This document shows positions 9,037 to 20,580 of a DNA stretch of 64,000 nucleotides, in pieces (position 1 is the first letter of the stretch; each line of letters starts with the position of its first letter). The translations under genes were made by a program, and so were the position numbers. This DNA comes from an uncultured delta proteobacterium (GTDB lineage: Bacteria > Myxococcota_A > Polyangia > Polyangiales > Polyangiaceae), in assembly GCA_963716725.1 (NCBI GenBank), contig CAVQUB010000005.1, forward strand, positions 544,001-608,000, given 5' to 3'. The notes under the pieces were generated by a model that saw only the letters and a program-made list of their open reading frames with translations, was not told the origin of the DNA and searched no databases.

Positions 9037-10533
9037 TCAGCCCATCCAGGTCGTGTCGGTCTGAAGCTCCCACTTCACCGTGACCTTGCGCGGTCGCGTC
9101 CAGAAGCGGAAGCCGTCGAGGCCGGTCAGGTTGCCGTGACCGAATTTGCTCTGGTTCCAGCCGCCGAAGCCGAAGGGCTCGCGCGGCACCGGCACGCCGA
9201 TGTTCACGCCGACCATGCCAGCCTCGACCCGACGGATGACGTGCTCGGCGACGGCGCCGCTGGTGGTGAAGATGGCCGCGGCGTTGCCGTAGGGGTGGCT
9301 GTTCTCGAGCGTGATGGCCTCCTCGAGGTTCTTCACGCGCACGATGGAAAGCACGGGTCCGAAGATCTCGTCTTGCCACGCGCCCATCTCGGTCGTCACG
9401 CCGTCGATGACCGACACGCCGGTCCAGTAGCCATCCGGGCCGCCCTTCTTGCCGCGTCCGTCCACCAGCAGTTTGGCGCCGGACTTCTCGGCCTCGCTGA
9501 CGTAGCGCTCGATGCGCTCGCGAGCCGCGGCGTTGATCACCGGTCCGATCTCTTTGCCGGTTTCGAGCTGCTTGGCCTTCTCGACGACGGGGCCGAGTAC
9601 GTGTTCGACGTCGCCGACCGCCACCAGCACGCTGGCCGCCATGCAGCGCTGGCCGGTGGCGCCGGTGAACGAGGCCACGATGTTGTCGACCGAGAGCTTC
9701 GGATCGGCGTCGGGAACCACGATCAAGTGGTTCTTTGCCCCGCCCAGGCAGAGCGCGGACTTGCCGGTGGCAGCCGAGCGCGCGTACACGAGCTTGGCGA
9801 CCTTGGTCGAGCCTACGAAACCGATGGCGCGGATCGTCGGGTGATCACAGAGCGCGTTGACCACATCGACGGACCCGTTGACCACGTTGAACACGCCGTC
9901 GGGCAGGCCCGCTTCCTTCAGAAGCTGAGCGAGCTTCATGCTGCACAGCGGCACTTGCTCGCTTGGCTTGAGCACGAAGGCGTTCCCGCCCACGATCGCC
10001 TGAGGCAGCATCCACAGCGGGACCATCAGCGGGAAGTTGAAGGGCGTGATGCCGGCGACCACGCCCAAGGGCTCGTGGATCTCTTTGCACACCACGCCGC
10101 GGCTCACCTCGAGCAGTTCGCCCGGGCCGCCGCCGTTCGGCAACCCCGCGCCGAATTCTGCGCACTCGATGGCCTTCTCGACGCTGGCTCGCGCGTCTTC
10201 GATGTTCTTGCCGTTCTCGTGGGTCACCAGCCACGCGAGCTCCTCGAGATCGCGTTCGAGCAGCTGCTTCAGTTTGTAGAACACCTGCGCGCGCTCGCGC
10301 ATGGGCGTTTGGCCCCAGCTCTTCTGCGCGCGTTCACCAGCCCTGACCGCGAGATCCACGTCTTCTGCCCCGCTGAGCGGGACGCTCGACAGCGCCTTGC
10401 CCCAGCGCGGGTTCTCCACGGGCATGCTTTTGCCAGTGGTGGCCTCGCGCCACTCTCCAGCGATCCAGTTCTTGACCGGGACGTACTCGACGAAGTCGTA
10501 GCTTCGGGCGGAAAATGCGGGCAGCTTGCTCAT
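9037..10533 (-). CDS. mmsA: CoA-acylating (methyl)malonate-semialdehyde dehydrogenase
   Basis: GITPFNFPLMVPLW, GFVGST, GGAKNH, GQRCMA, EIFGPV, GVNIGVPVP. Confidence 0.9.
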   Translation of the reverse strand: MSKLPAFSARSYDFVEYVPVKNWIAGEWREATTGKSMPVENPRWGKALSSVPLSGAEDVDLAVRAGERAQKSWGQTPMRERAQVFYKLKQLLERDLEELAWLVTHENGKNIEDARASVEKAIECAEFGAGLPNGGGPGELLEVSRGVVCKEIHEPLGVVAGITPFNFPLMVPLWMLPQAIVGGNAFVLKPSEQVPLCSMKLAQLLKEAGLPDGVFNVVNGSVDVVNALCDHPTIRAIGFVGSTKVAKLVYARSAATGKSALCLGGAKNHLIVVPDADPKLSVDNIVASFTGATGQRCMAASVLVAVGDVEHVLGPVVEKAKQLETGKEIGPVINAAARERIERYVSEAEKSGAKLLVDGRGKKGGPDGYWTGVSVIDGVTTEMGAWQDEIFGPVLSIVRVKNLEEAITLENSHPYGNAAAIFTTSGAVAEHVIRRVEAGMVGVNIGVPVPREPFGFGGWNQSKFGHGNLTGLDGFRFWTRPRKVTVKWELQTDTTWMG

Positions 10534-10686
10534 GGCGTGGGTCTCCTGTGCGGACTCGGGTCCCCGGGCCGAGGGGCGATGGCGGGTCCGATCGAGGCGC
10601 GAAGCATGACGCGACGGTCGGCGTCCTTCAAGCTGCGAGACCGTTTAGTGGCGGTGCCACGTGCGCCCCTGGGATACCGTGGCGGG

Positions 10687-11151
10687 ATGAGGTCGCGTCT
10701 CTGGTTGCTCATGTCGTTCGCGTTGATGGCCTGCGGTTCGTCGGGCAGCGGGGGAGGCGGCATTGGTGGGGCGGCCGGCGGTGGCGCATCGAGTGGCGGC
10801 GCGGCGGGTGCCAGCGGCGGCGCATCGAGTGGCGGCGCGGCGGGCGCCAGCGGCGGCGCATCGAGTGGCGGCGCGGCGGGCGCCAGCGGTGGCGCATCGA
10901 GTGGCGGCGCGGCGGGCGCCAGTGGCGGCGCATCGAGTGGCGGCGCGGCGGGTGCCAGCGGCGGGAGCGGTGGCTCCTCCGCCGAGTGCAAGGGCTCCGC
11001 GGACTGTACGGGCGCGACGTGCTGCAAGACGGGATCGGGCCCGGCCCAGTGCGTCAGCTCGTGTGCGGGCCTGGTGATGTGCACCAAGCTGGCCGACTGC
11101 GGCCAAAACGGACCGTGCTGCCCGCAAGGGTTCTGCGGCGGCTGCGACTGA
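10687..11151 (+). CDS. Small lipoprotein with Gly/Ser/Ala repeats and Cys-rich C-terminus
   Basis: MRSRLWLLMSFALMAC lipobox; GGASSGGAAGAS x5; Cys-rich tail. Confidence 0.75.
   Translation: MRSRLWLLMSFALMACGSSGSGGGGIGGAAGGGASSGGAAGASGGASSGGAAGASGGASSGGAAGASGGASSGGAAGASGGASSGGAAGASGGSGGSSAECKGSADCTGATCCKTGSGPAQCVSSCAGLVMCTKLADCGQNGPCCPQGFCGGCD
10780..10959 (+). repeat. 36-bp coding tandem repeat x5
   Basis: ggcggcgcatcgagtggcggcgcggcgggcgccagc units with synonymous variation. Confidence 0.9.
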
Positions 11152-11712
11152 TCAGCCGATCACGCTGTCGACGGCGACCGTGACGTCGGGGAAAGCGTTG
11201 AGCCGCACCAGGTCGCCTGATCGGTAGATCGCGACCTCGGCGTAGACGCCGCCGGTCGGGCGCGTGCGCACTTCGATCACGCGGTCCCGCAGGTTGACGA
11301 TCCAGTACTCGGGCACGCCCGCCTCGGCGTAGAGGCGCGCCTTGAGGCCACGGTCTTTCGACAGCGACGAGTCCGCGACCTCGATGGCGCAGAGTAGCGC
11401 AGGCGGGTGGTCGCGGCGGTAGTCTTCGCGCGCCGCGATGGCGACGTCCGGCTGGGGCTCGGACTCGTCGCTGGCGGCGTAGGGCAGCCCGATGCGCACC
11501 GAGGCGCGACCCAGGAGCGGGGGCAGGAGCAGCTCGTTCAAGACCTGCACGCTCCAGCAGTGGGGCGCTCCGATGGGCGACATTCGGACGATCAGCCCGT
11601 AGAGGAGCTCGAGGCGCTCGTCCTCGAACACGCCCAGCTCGACGAGCTTGTCGTATTCGGCTCGCTTGAGCGGACGAACCTGATCCGGCGTGATGGCGTG
11701 CAAGTCCGACAC
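11152..11712 (-). CDS. Uma2-family (DUF820) PD-(D/E)XK nuclease-like protein
   Basis: ELLYGLIVRMSPIGAPH, EPQPDV, IEVADSSLSKDR..KARLYAEAGVPEYWIVNL; start is GTG 11712 or ATG 11775. Confidence 0.9.
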   Translation of the reverse strand: MSDLHAITPDQVRPLKRAEYDKLVELGVFEDERLELLYGLIVRMSPIGAPHCWSVQVLNELLLPPLLGRASVRIGLPYAASDESEPQPDVAIAAREDYRRDHPPALLCAIEVADSSLSKDRGLKARLYAEAGVPEYWIVNLRDRVIEVRTRPTGGVYAEVAIYRSGDLVRLNAFPDVTVAVDSVIG

Positions 11713-11783
11713 CTCCCTGAAAATAGCATGACGGCCCCCAATCGGCTGCCAGTCCAGGGAGTTGCCGGATTTCATCGCGGCGC

Positions 11784-12654
11784 TCAGGGCCGAACCAGCT
11801 CGTCGTAGGCGTCAGGCCGGCGATCGCGGAAGAACTGCCACGACTGCCGGACCTCGTCGATCAGATTCAGATCGAGGTCGGCCACCACCAGCTCGTCCTT
11901 GTCTTCGCTGGCCTCAGCGAGGATCTGACCGCGCGGGTTCACGAAGTAGCTGGTCCCGTAGAACTTGCCGATGTTCCAGGGCGGCTCGGTGCCCACGCGG
12001 TTCGAGGCCGCGACGAAATAGCCGTTGGCCACCGCGTGGGCGGGTTGCTCGATCTTCCACAGATACTGCGAGACGCCGGCGACGGTGGCGCTTGGGTTGA
12101 AGACGATCTCGGCGCCGTTGAGGCCCAGGCAACGCGCGCCCTCGGGGAAGTGGCGGTCGTAGCAGATGTAGACGCCGACCTTGGCGAAGCGCGGTCTGGA
12201 ACACCGGGATAGCCGCCGTTGCCGGGGCGGAAGAAGTACTTCTCCCAGAAGCCCGCGACCTGCGGGATGTGCTGCTTGCGGTACTTGCCCAGGTACTTGC
12301 CGTCGGCGTCGATGACCGCGGCGGTGTTGTAGAACACGCCGCGCATCTCTTGCTCGTAGAGCGGCACCACGATGACCATGCCGTGCTTCTTGGCGATGGC
12401 CTGGAACATCTCGGTGCGTGGGACCGGGAATGCTCTCGGCGGCCTCGTACCAACGCTTGTCTTGGCTCGGGCAGAAGTAGGGCCCGTTGAAGATCTCCTG
12501 CAGGCCCAGGATCTGCACGCCCTTCTTGGCGGCCTCCTCGATGAAGGGCATGTGCCGGGCGAGCATCGCCTCCTGGATCCTCTTCGACGGGCGCGCCCTC
12601 GTCGTTGAGCGCGTTCGCGCATTGGATCAGTCCGCACCGAACAATTTGGGCCAT
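11784..12654 (-). CDS. Nitrilase-family C-N hydrolase (beta-ureidopropionase-like), frameshifted
   Basis: Stitched across three frames: MAQIVRCGLIQ / LQEIFNGPYFC / YNTAAVIDADGKYLGKYRKQHIP / ICYDRHFPEG; E-K-C triad present; indels may be sequencing errors. Confidence 0.85.
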
Positions 12655-12759
12655 GCTTCGAGTCCTCCCTCGCAAAATGAGAGGCGCGCAGGATAGCCAG
12701 AGTGCCGCGCGAGCGTCAGCGGACCGATGTTCAGTGCGGTCCGCCGCCCGAAACCCAAC

Positions 12760-12999
12760 TCATCCGTTGTTGCTCTCCCGGATCAACGGGTCGAGCAAGG
12801 GCATGAGGCCGTTGTGTTTGATCTCGAGCACCAACGCGAGCTGCCGGCCGAGCTTGCCCGGCGGGAACCCCTGACGCGAGAACCACACCAGGTAGGCCTC
12901 CGGCAGCGCGTAGAGCGGAGACCCCTGGTAGCGACCGAAGGGCATCCTGGTCGCCACGAGCGCTCGCAGGATCTGGGGATCGAGCTCGTGGGGCTGCAT
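12760..12999 (-). CDS. DUF3820-family protein
   Basis: MPFGRYQG..L..LPEAYLVWF...GFPPGKLG..L....EIK.NGL. Confidence 0.9.
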   Translation of the reverse strand: MQPHELDPQILRALVATRMPFGRYQGSPLYALPEAYLVWFSRQGFPPGKLGRQLALVLEIKHNGLMPLLDPLIRESNNG

Positions 13000-13011
13000 G
13001 AGCGGCTCAGG

Positions 13012-13416
13012 TCAAGACCAACTCTCGACGCGGAGCCCGGGCATCCGCGCGAAGTGGCGGACGTTGTCGGTGACGATCGTCGCGTCGCCGGCGAGCGCGT
13101 GGGCCGCGATGGCCACGTCGAAATCGTCGACTCGGACGCCGCGTCGTTCGAGTGTGGACTTGAGCTCTCCAAAGCGGCGACTGACTTCGTCGGTCCATGG
13201 AGCGCGAGCCAACGCGAGCAAGATGACGTTCAGGCGCGCTTCGAGTTGCTCCCGCCGCCGCGACCGAGGAAGTCGGCTGATCCCGTAGCGGAGTTCGGCC
13301 AACACCGGCTGAGGGACCGCCAGCTCCGCGGGACGGTGTGCGAGGAGGCGCCGGGCCGGCTCGGGATCGGAGCGCATCAATGCGGAGACCGTCGTGGTGT
13401 CCAATACGTAGCTCAA
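13012..13416 (-). CDS. vapC: VapC PIN toxin
   Basis: YVLDTTTVS...LAELRYG...DDFDVAIAAHAL...IVTDNVRHF. Confidence 0.9.
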   Translation of the reverse strand: MSYVLDTTTVSALMRSDPEPARRLLAHRPAELAVPQPVLAELRYGISRLPRSRRREQLEARLNVILLALARAPWTDEVSRRFGELKSTLERRGVRVDDFDVAIAAHALAGDATIVTDNVRHFARMPGLRVESWS

Positions 13417-13667
13417 AGCTTCGGTCCCCGGCGACGATTGACTCGCCGCGAACGAACCACCGCCAGCGATTCGTCCAGCGCATCAGCAGCCTGCTGGTCG
13501 AGCGGTTCCTTCATCATTCGAACCAGCTCGGGCGCCCAGTCCGCCGTCGGCCCCAGGCTGGCCTCTATCGCAGCGGTGATCAACCGATTGCGGCTGACGC
13601 CGAGCGCCATGGCCCGCGCATCGACGCGAGCCAGCAGAGGTGGCGGGATGTGAACGGTGGTGGGCAT
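13413..13667 (-). CDS. CopG/RHH antitoxin
   Basis: TTVHIPPPLLARVDARAMALGVSRNRLI; 4-bp overlap with vapC. Confidence 0.85.
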   Translation of the reverse strand: MPTTVHIPPPLLARVDARAMALGVSRNRLITAAIEASLGPTADWAPELVRMMKEPLDQQAADALDESLAVVRSRRVNRRRGPKL

Positions 13668-13683
13668 GAATAGGAGTATATTC
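13668..13683 (-). promoter_or_regulatory. -10 box (TATACT) 7 nt before the antitoxin ATG, inside a short inverted repeat; likely leaderless autoregulated promoter
   Basis: Minus strand gaata-tactcc-tattc-ATG; no SD sequence. Confidence 0.6.
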
Positions 13684-13698
13684 GGAGCGGCCGTTCGG

Positions 13699-14976
13699 TC
13701 AATTGCCCCCGAACACCTCGAGCTCCACCAGCGCGATGGCCATCACGGCGGTCGCGCGCACCAGATCGTCGATCACGATGTGCTCGTCCGGTTGGTGCGC
13801 GAGCTCCAGCGTGCCGGGCCCGTAGGCGACGCAGTGGTCGATGCCGCCCAGGCGCGCGAAGTGTTTGCGATCGTAGGTGCCCGGGCTCGCCACCAGGGTT
13901 GCGGGTCGATCGTACACGCCGCCGATGGCGCGCTCGAGGGCCGCGACCAGCGGCGAGCCCTCCGGCGTCTGGACCGGGTGGAAGACCAGGAGGTCCTCGA
14001 GGGTGTAGCGGCGGGCTGGATCTTCGGCCTGCGCCCGCGCCAGCAGGTCGACGATCTCTTGCTTCGCGCTGTCGAAGCCTTCTTCGAGCAAGAAGCGCCG
14101 GTCGAAGATCGCCTCGGCGAGGTCAGCGACGCAGGGCGTCTGCGGCTCCCGCCCGGCCTGCCCGCCGATGATCGAGTTCACGTTGAGGGTGGCGTGGCGC
14201 GCGTCGCCGGGCACCACGGGCATCTGGGTCGTTCGCCGTCGGAGCCCGGGCTGAAGCTCGGTGCGCATGCGCTCGACCAGATGGGCCAGGTGATCGATGG
14301 CACTCGTGCCCAAGAAGGGCATGCTGCCGTGGGACACGCGACCGTGCGCCGTGACCTTGAACCAGTAGACGCCGCGGTGGCCGACGCAGATGCGATCCGG
14401 ATTCAAGGGCTCGGGGATGATCACGTGATCGACGCGGTCGCGACGGATCACTCCGCGCTCGCACAGCCACGCCACTCCGGCCTGTCCGCCGCTCTCTTCG
14501 TCGACTGTGCCGGAGATCTCCACGCTGCCCTGGAGCGACAGGCCGGCACGCCGCGCCACTTCGACCGCGATCACCGCCGCCGCAAGCCCTGCTTTCATGT
14601 CGGCGGTCCCACGGCCAAAGATCTTTCCGTCTCGGACCACGGCAGCGAAGGGATCGACGGTCCAACCCGCGCTCGCGGGCACGACGTCGAGGTGGCCGTT
14701 GAGGTGGACGGCGGGGTGAGCGCTCTTTCCCAGGCGACCCAGCACGTTGACGCGCGGATGGGCGCGCGTGTGCTCGGGACGCCCCTCCGCTTCGTGCAAG
14801 CGCACGTCGTAGCCGTTCTTGCTCAGCTCGGCGCCCAGCGCTTCGGCCGCGTCGCGATAGTACTCGCCCGGCGGGTTGACGGTCGGGATCCGAACCAGTC
14901 GCGCGGTGAGCTCGCACAGCTCGTCGCGAGCGCGCTCCGCTTCGTCGAGGAGGCGCGTGCGGAGCTCCGGTGTCAT
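13699..14976 (-). CDS. M20 ArgE/DapE-family Zn amidohydrolase
   Basis: NGHLDVVP, GRGTADMKAG, DEESGG, HGSMP, AHQPDE. Confidence 0.9.
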   Translation of the reverse strand: MTPELRTRLLDEAERARDELCELTARLVRIPTVNPPGEYYRDAAEALGAELSKNGYDVRLHEAEGRPEHTRAHPRVNVLGRLGKSAHPAVHLNGHLDVVPASAGWTVDPFAAVVRDGKIFGRGTADMKAGLAAAVIAVEVARRAGLSLQGSVEISGTVDEESGGQAGVAWLCERGVIRRDRVDHVIIPEPLNPDRICVGHRGVYWFKVTAHGRVSHGSMPFLGTSAIDHLAHLVERMRTELQPGLRRRTTQMPVVPGDARHATLNVNSIIGGQAGREPQTPCVADLAEAIFDRRFLLEEGFDSAKQEIVDLLARAQAEDPARRYTLEDLLVFHPVQTPEGSPLVAALERAIGGVYDRPATLVASPGTYDRKHFARLGGIDHCVAYGPGTLELAHQPDEHIVIDDLVRATAVMAIALVELEVFGGN

Positions 14977-14984
14977 CGCGGTGA

Positions 14985-16541
<1,557 letters not shown>

Positions 16542-16654
16542 GCCGCCTCCCAGAGAGGAGGCCGCGTACCACGTGGCCCGTCGGCGAGACAACCGCCGCG
16601 CGTGGACGCACGTGGACCGCGAGTGGGTCGAGCGCAGCGGTGGCGCTCAGCGAG

Positions 16655-18937
16655 TCACTTGGGCGAGCTGCAGACTGCGCTGGCCGCAGCCGAGCTGTTG
16701 TTGTCGGTGCGGCACTCGACGACGCCGCCCGGTGGGGTGATGGTCGCGTAGACCGGCGTCGCGCCGCTCTTCACGTCGGCCGGGGCGGCCGAGAGATCGA
16801 CCACCAAGACTTCAGCCTGCGCCGCGTAGAGCGGCACCGTCGTGACCGTGGACGCGAGCAAGGTGCCGCTCGGCGGACTGCCCGAGTAGACGTCGACCTT
16901 GATCCCGGCAGGCAGCGGCGCGCTGCCGAGGTTGCGGACTTCGACCAGCACGCCAAACGCGCCCGAGCAACGCGGCTTGACCGTCACTGTCGCGTCCGGC
17001 GCGCTGAGCTCGTTGCCAGGCTGCTTGTTTTGGCGGAAGTTGTTCAGACCCGGCACGGTCCAGTTCGCGACCTCTTTGGTCGGGATGGTGCCGTCCTCGC
17101 CCACGTTGGTCACGTGGTAGGTGTGCTGGTTCCAGACGCGGCGCGTGCGCACCCACGACTTGCTCTTGCTCTGGATCACCCGGATGCCGCTCTGCTTGGT
17201 GCCGCCGCAGTTGAAGGCGTAGGCGTTCGAGGCGACGACGATGTCGGCCTGCCCGTCGTTGTCCACGTCGGCGATCACCGGGTACTCGATCAGCGTGCCG
17301 GTGGTGTTGCAGGTCTTCCAGAGCTCGTTGCCGGTCGCTCCGTCGTAGACGCGCAGATAGAGCTCATCGGAGTACACGGCCTCGGCCTTGCCGTCGCCGT
17401 TGAAGTCGAAGACGGAGCTGCCGGTCGCCGCCGACGAGCAGTCTTGGGTGATGCTCTGCCAGAGCAGGGTGTCCTTGCTCGCCACGGTCGAGTCCATCAG
17501 CTTCTTGCCGTCGAAGATCACGTAGGCGATGGAGCCGGCCAGGGCGACGTCGGGCGTGCCGTCGCCGTTGAAGTCGGCGATGGTGGGCGGTCCGCCGCCG
17601 GCGGTGTGGCCGCAGGGGTTCGAGGGGGCCGTCTCGTGGATGTCGAAGGGCTGACGCACGACCTCGTAGCCAGGAGCCCCGGCCTTCACCCGCCAGATGT
17701 GCATGCGCCGGCTGCCCGTCGAGGGGTTGATGCCCACGATCTCGGGCTTGCCGTCTTTGTCCAGATCGCCGACGGCCGACCACGACGACGGGTGGGTCGA
17801 GTCCGCGAGCAGGGTGGCGTCGGCGCGATAGGCGAGGTGGCCGTTGGTGATGTCGAGCTTGCCGTCGCCGTCCAGATCCGACACCGACGGAATGCTCACC
17901 CCGGTGGGGAACGCCTTCTTCAAAGTCCCGTCTTTGCCGTTGAGGATGCCGCCCTCGACGATCACCTCCACGTCGCCGTCACCCTCCAGATCCGCCAGCG
18001 CGGGCGCGCGACAGGCGATGGACGGGCTGGTCCAGAGCACGTTGCCCTTGCCGTCGAAGGCGGTGACCGTGCTGCCGGAGCAACCGACCACCTCGTTGCC
18101 GGGCTTGCCGTCGATATTGCCGCCAGCCAGCTCGCTCATGGCGTTGACCACGCCCGGCACGCTGAACTTGTCCACGACCTTCTTGTCCACGATGGAGATG
18201 GCGTGCAGCGTTCCGATGCCGGTGTAGGCCCCGCCAGCGAAGGTCACGAAGAGGATCTCCGGGATGTCCTGCTCGGTGATCTTGCCGTCGCAGTTGTCGT
18301 CGTCGAGCTGCACGACGATGGGCGTCATCATCACGTCGCTGCTGAAGGGCGACGACGTCACTCCGCCCCAGGTGTAGGTGATCTCTGGATCGAAGGCCGC
18401 CGTGCTCGGCGGCAACTCGCATTTGGGCAAGCAGTCCGGCTTGGGCTCGGTGCCCGAGCACACCGGCGGGGTGGGCAGGCACTTGCCCTCGGCCAGCGCG
18501 AAGCCCCCGGTGCAGCTGCCCGCATCGCTCGGCGTGCCGCCGTCGCTGCCCGAGCCGAGGGCGAGCTCACAATACTCGGTGGCGGCGCAGTCGGAGCTCT
18601 CGGTGCAGGTCTTGCCCGGGGTCACGCACTTCTGAAAGCTGCACACCTCGCTGGTCGAGCAACAAGCGCCGCCGCAGGCGTTGGCCTTGTCGCAACAGAC
18701 GCCGCCGGCGCAGATGCCGCCGTCGCCGCAGGCGTTGCCAGTCTGACAGCTGCTCGAGTCGAGGTTGACCGACGCATCTCCGCCGGTTCCACCCCCGGAG
18801 CCGCCGCTCCCGCCCGTGTTTCCCGCGCCACCTGCGTTCGACGCGGTGCCGCCCGAGTCGTCGCCGCAGCTCGCGAAGATCGGAATCGACAGGATGAGAA
18901 CCGCCGCCGCCCGTCCGAGCCCCGTGACTGCCTTCAT
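16655..18937 (-). CDS. FG-GAP repeat lipoprotein with Cys-rich segment and C-terminal CARDB-like domain
   Basis: Lipobox ASC; repeated DLDGDG/DFNGDG motifs; WNQHTYHVTNV; EVRNLG...ECRTDNN. Confidence 0.85.
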   Translation of the reverse strand: MKAVTGLGRAAAVLILSIPIFASCGDDSGGTASNAGGAGNTGGSGGSGGGTGGDASVNLDSSSCQTGNACGDGGICAGGVCCDKANACGGACCSTSEVCSFQKCVTPGKTCTESSDCAATEYCELALGSGSDGGTPSDAGSCTGGFALAEGKCLPTPPVCSGTEPKPDCLPKCELPPSTAAFDPEITYTWGGVTSSPFSSDVMMTPIVVQLDDDNCDGKITEQDIPEILFVTFAGGAYTGIGTLHAISIVDKKVVDKFSVPGVVNAMSELAGGNIDGKPGNEVVGCSGSTVTAFDGKGNVLWTSPSIACRAPALADLEGDGDVEVIVEGGILNGKDGTLKKAFPTGVSIPSVSDLDGDGKLDITNGHLAYRADATLLADSTHPSSWSAVGDLDKDGKPEIVGINPSTGSRRMHIWRVKAGAPGYEVVRQPFDIHETAPSNPCGHTAGGGPPTIADFNGDGTPDVALAGSIAYVIFDGKKLMDSTVASKDTLLWQSITQDCSSAATGSSVFDFNGDGKAEAVYSDELYLRVYDGATGNELWKTCNTTGTLIEYPVIADVDNDGQADIVVASNAYAFNCGGTKQSGIRVIQSKSKSWVRTRRVWNQHTYHVTNVGEDGTIPTKEVANWTVPGLNNFRQNKQPGNELSAPDATVTVKPRCSGAFGVLVEVRNLGSAPLPAGIKVDVYSGSPPSGTLLASTVTTVPLYAAQAEVLVVDLSAAPADVKSGATPVYATITPPGGVVECRTDNNSSAAASAVCSSPK

Positions 18938-18981
18938 GGGGAAAGATGATGGCACGCTCCCCGATGCGTGGCCACGGGCGA

Positions 18982-19803
18982 TCAGAAGCGCCGGGCCCAG
19001 CGGTAGCGCACGCCGAGAAACCCGTAGCTGCCGGCGTAGGCGCCCAGCTCGTCGGGACCGGACACCACGACGGTGGTGGTGAACAGCCCCTCGAAGTCTT
19101 TGCGGAAGCTCACCACCGCCAGCGGCCCGATCCGTGTGGTGTTCATCGGGCGCCCGGGCGTGACCAGGTACTCGACCATGGCGCCGAACTTCACGTCTTG
19201 CGAGTCACCGGCGCCGTACACGTAGCCGAGCCGCGTGCGCATCGCGAAGGGCGGCACGACTACGGTGCGCATGACCTCTTCGAACACGTTCTTGTCTTGC
19301 GGCGCGTCGAACCACATCGGGTGAAATTCGACGAAGACCGCACCGTGCAGCACCGGCGCGAGCAGCGTGAGCTCTCCCTCCGTCACCGCGTACGCCGAGC
19401 GTTCGGCGCCGTCGGTCAGCTCGAGGTCCCGAGGCCGGTACTTGTCTTTCTTCGGCAAGTAGCGCCGGTTGAAAGGGTAGTTCCAGCGGCGGCCGAACTG
19501 CACGTCCAGGAACGGCAGGCTCGCCCGCCAGCCGGCGTAAGCGGCGGCGAATCCGGGGGTCGAGATCAGATAGCCGTCGAAGCCCGAGAACTGCCAGAAG
19601 GGCGCGCCGTAACCCAGGGTGAGCTGTGGTCGCGCGTAGACGATGCCCGCGTCGCTGGCGCTCGAAGCGTAGAAGGTGTGTTTGTCAGACTGCCAGGCCG
19701 AGTACTTTTGCTCGTCGTGCTCGAGCGGCGTCCCGCTTGCGCCGCGGGCGAACGTCACGCCGGCGAGGCACGCCACCCATCTCGAGGATCCCCGCACTCC
19801 CAC
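18982..19803 (-). CDS. Hypothetical, possibly outer-membrane beta-barrel protein (start uncertain)
   Basis: Aromatic-rich alternating strands, C-terminal GVRYRWARRF. Confidence 0.55.
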   Translation of the reverse strand: MGVRGSSRWVACLAGVTFARGASGTPLEHDEQKYSAWQSDKHTFYASSASDAGIVYARPQLTLGYGAPFWQFSGFDGYLISTPGFAAAYAGWRASLPFLDVQFGRRWNYPFNRRYLPKKDKYRPRDLELTDGAERSAYAVTEGELTLLAPVLHGAVFVEFHPMWFDAPQDKNVFEEVMRTVVVPPFAMRTRLGYVYGAGDSQDVKFGAMVEYLVTPGRPMNTTRIGPLAVVSFRKDFEGLFTTTVVVSGPDELGAYAGSYGFLGVRYRWARRF

Positions 19804-19843
19804 GCGCGGCTGGTTAGTCCGTCGGCGCTGAGCTGGCAACCGT

Positions 19844-20350
19844 TCAGCGCTTCTTGCGGCGCGGGCGCGTGGTGGAGAGCGCTTCGAGGTGCTCGACGTC
19901 GTCCAGATCTTTGTGCCGACCCGCGTCACGCTTGCTCTGAATCAAGTCGCGAGCGCCGATCAGGTGGATACGACAGCGCTTCCCCGATGCGGTCGTCAGC
20001 GACTCGGACGATCTGCGCGTCCACGCTCGCGCGAAGCTGACCGTTCCAAGTTGTCCCAGCAGGTCGATGCGGTTCGGCGGACGACCGAACTGAACGACGA
20101 CACCGGGGGGGAGAAGTTCGTCGGCGCTCTCCAGCGCTGGGACCTCGCCACCCCAGAACTCCTGGAGCGCGAGAAAGAGGCGTTTCACGTTTGCCGGGGT
20201 CCGCTCGTAGAAAAGGTCGACGTCGCCGGTGAGCCTCGGATACCCGTGAAAGATCACGGCCTCACCGCCGACGATCAAGTAGCGCACCCGATGACGCTGG
20301 AGCAGCTGGAGCAGCTCCTGAACGTCGGCGGAGAGGTGTTCGCCCGTCAT
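19844..20350 (-). CDS. Nucleotidyltransferase-fold protein (DUF6036-like)
   Basis: YLIVGGEAVIFHGYPRLTGDVDL...RIDLL...LIQSKRDAGRHKDLDD. Confidence 0.85.
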   Translation of the reverse strand: MTGEHLSADVQELLQLLQRHRVRYLIVGGEAVIFHGYPRLTGDVDLFYERTPANVKRLFLALQEFWGGEVPALESADELLPPGVVVQFGRPPNRIDLLGQLGTVSFARAWTRRSSESLTTASGKRCRIHLIGARDLIQSKRDAGRHKDLDDVEHLEALSTTRPRRKKR

Positions 20351-20574
20351 GGTTCGCCGCGCGTGCGGCGGGACCCCGCGAACACGCTGCGCACGTCCGG
20401 CGCGTCGCTGCCGTAGTACCGGACTCGCAGCGTGCGGGCGACGCGGCGGCGCTCTTCAACGCTCATGCTTCGGTACTGCTCGAGCTCCCACGCCCGAGCC
20501 TCGGCGAACGAGCTGGACTTCTTGGCGACGCGCTCCACGTCCGAAGCTTCGCATGCGTTCCGCCTCACGTCCAC
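20347..20574 (-). CDS. Small hypothetical partner of the nucleotidyltransferase (TA-like pair)
   Basis: SFAEARAWELEQYRSMSVEERRRVARTLR; 4-bp overlap with the NTase. Confidence 0.65.
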   Translation of the reverse strand: MDVRRNACEASDVERVAKKSSSFAEARAWELEQYRSMSVEERRRVARTLRVRYYGSDAPDVRSVFAGSRRTRGEP

Positions 20575-20580
20575 GCCAGC

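Noticed and set aside
9136..11151. 671-aa plus-strand ORF
   Set aside because: Antisense shadow of mmsA; only 10687-11151 looks like a real gene
16640..18949. Long antisense ORFs here and opposite most genes (for example 29800-32394, 34061-35857)
   Set aside because: Expected shadows of high GC3 codon bias, with no recognisable motifs
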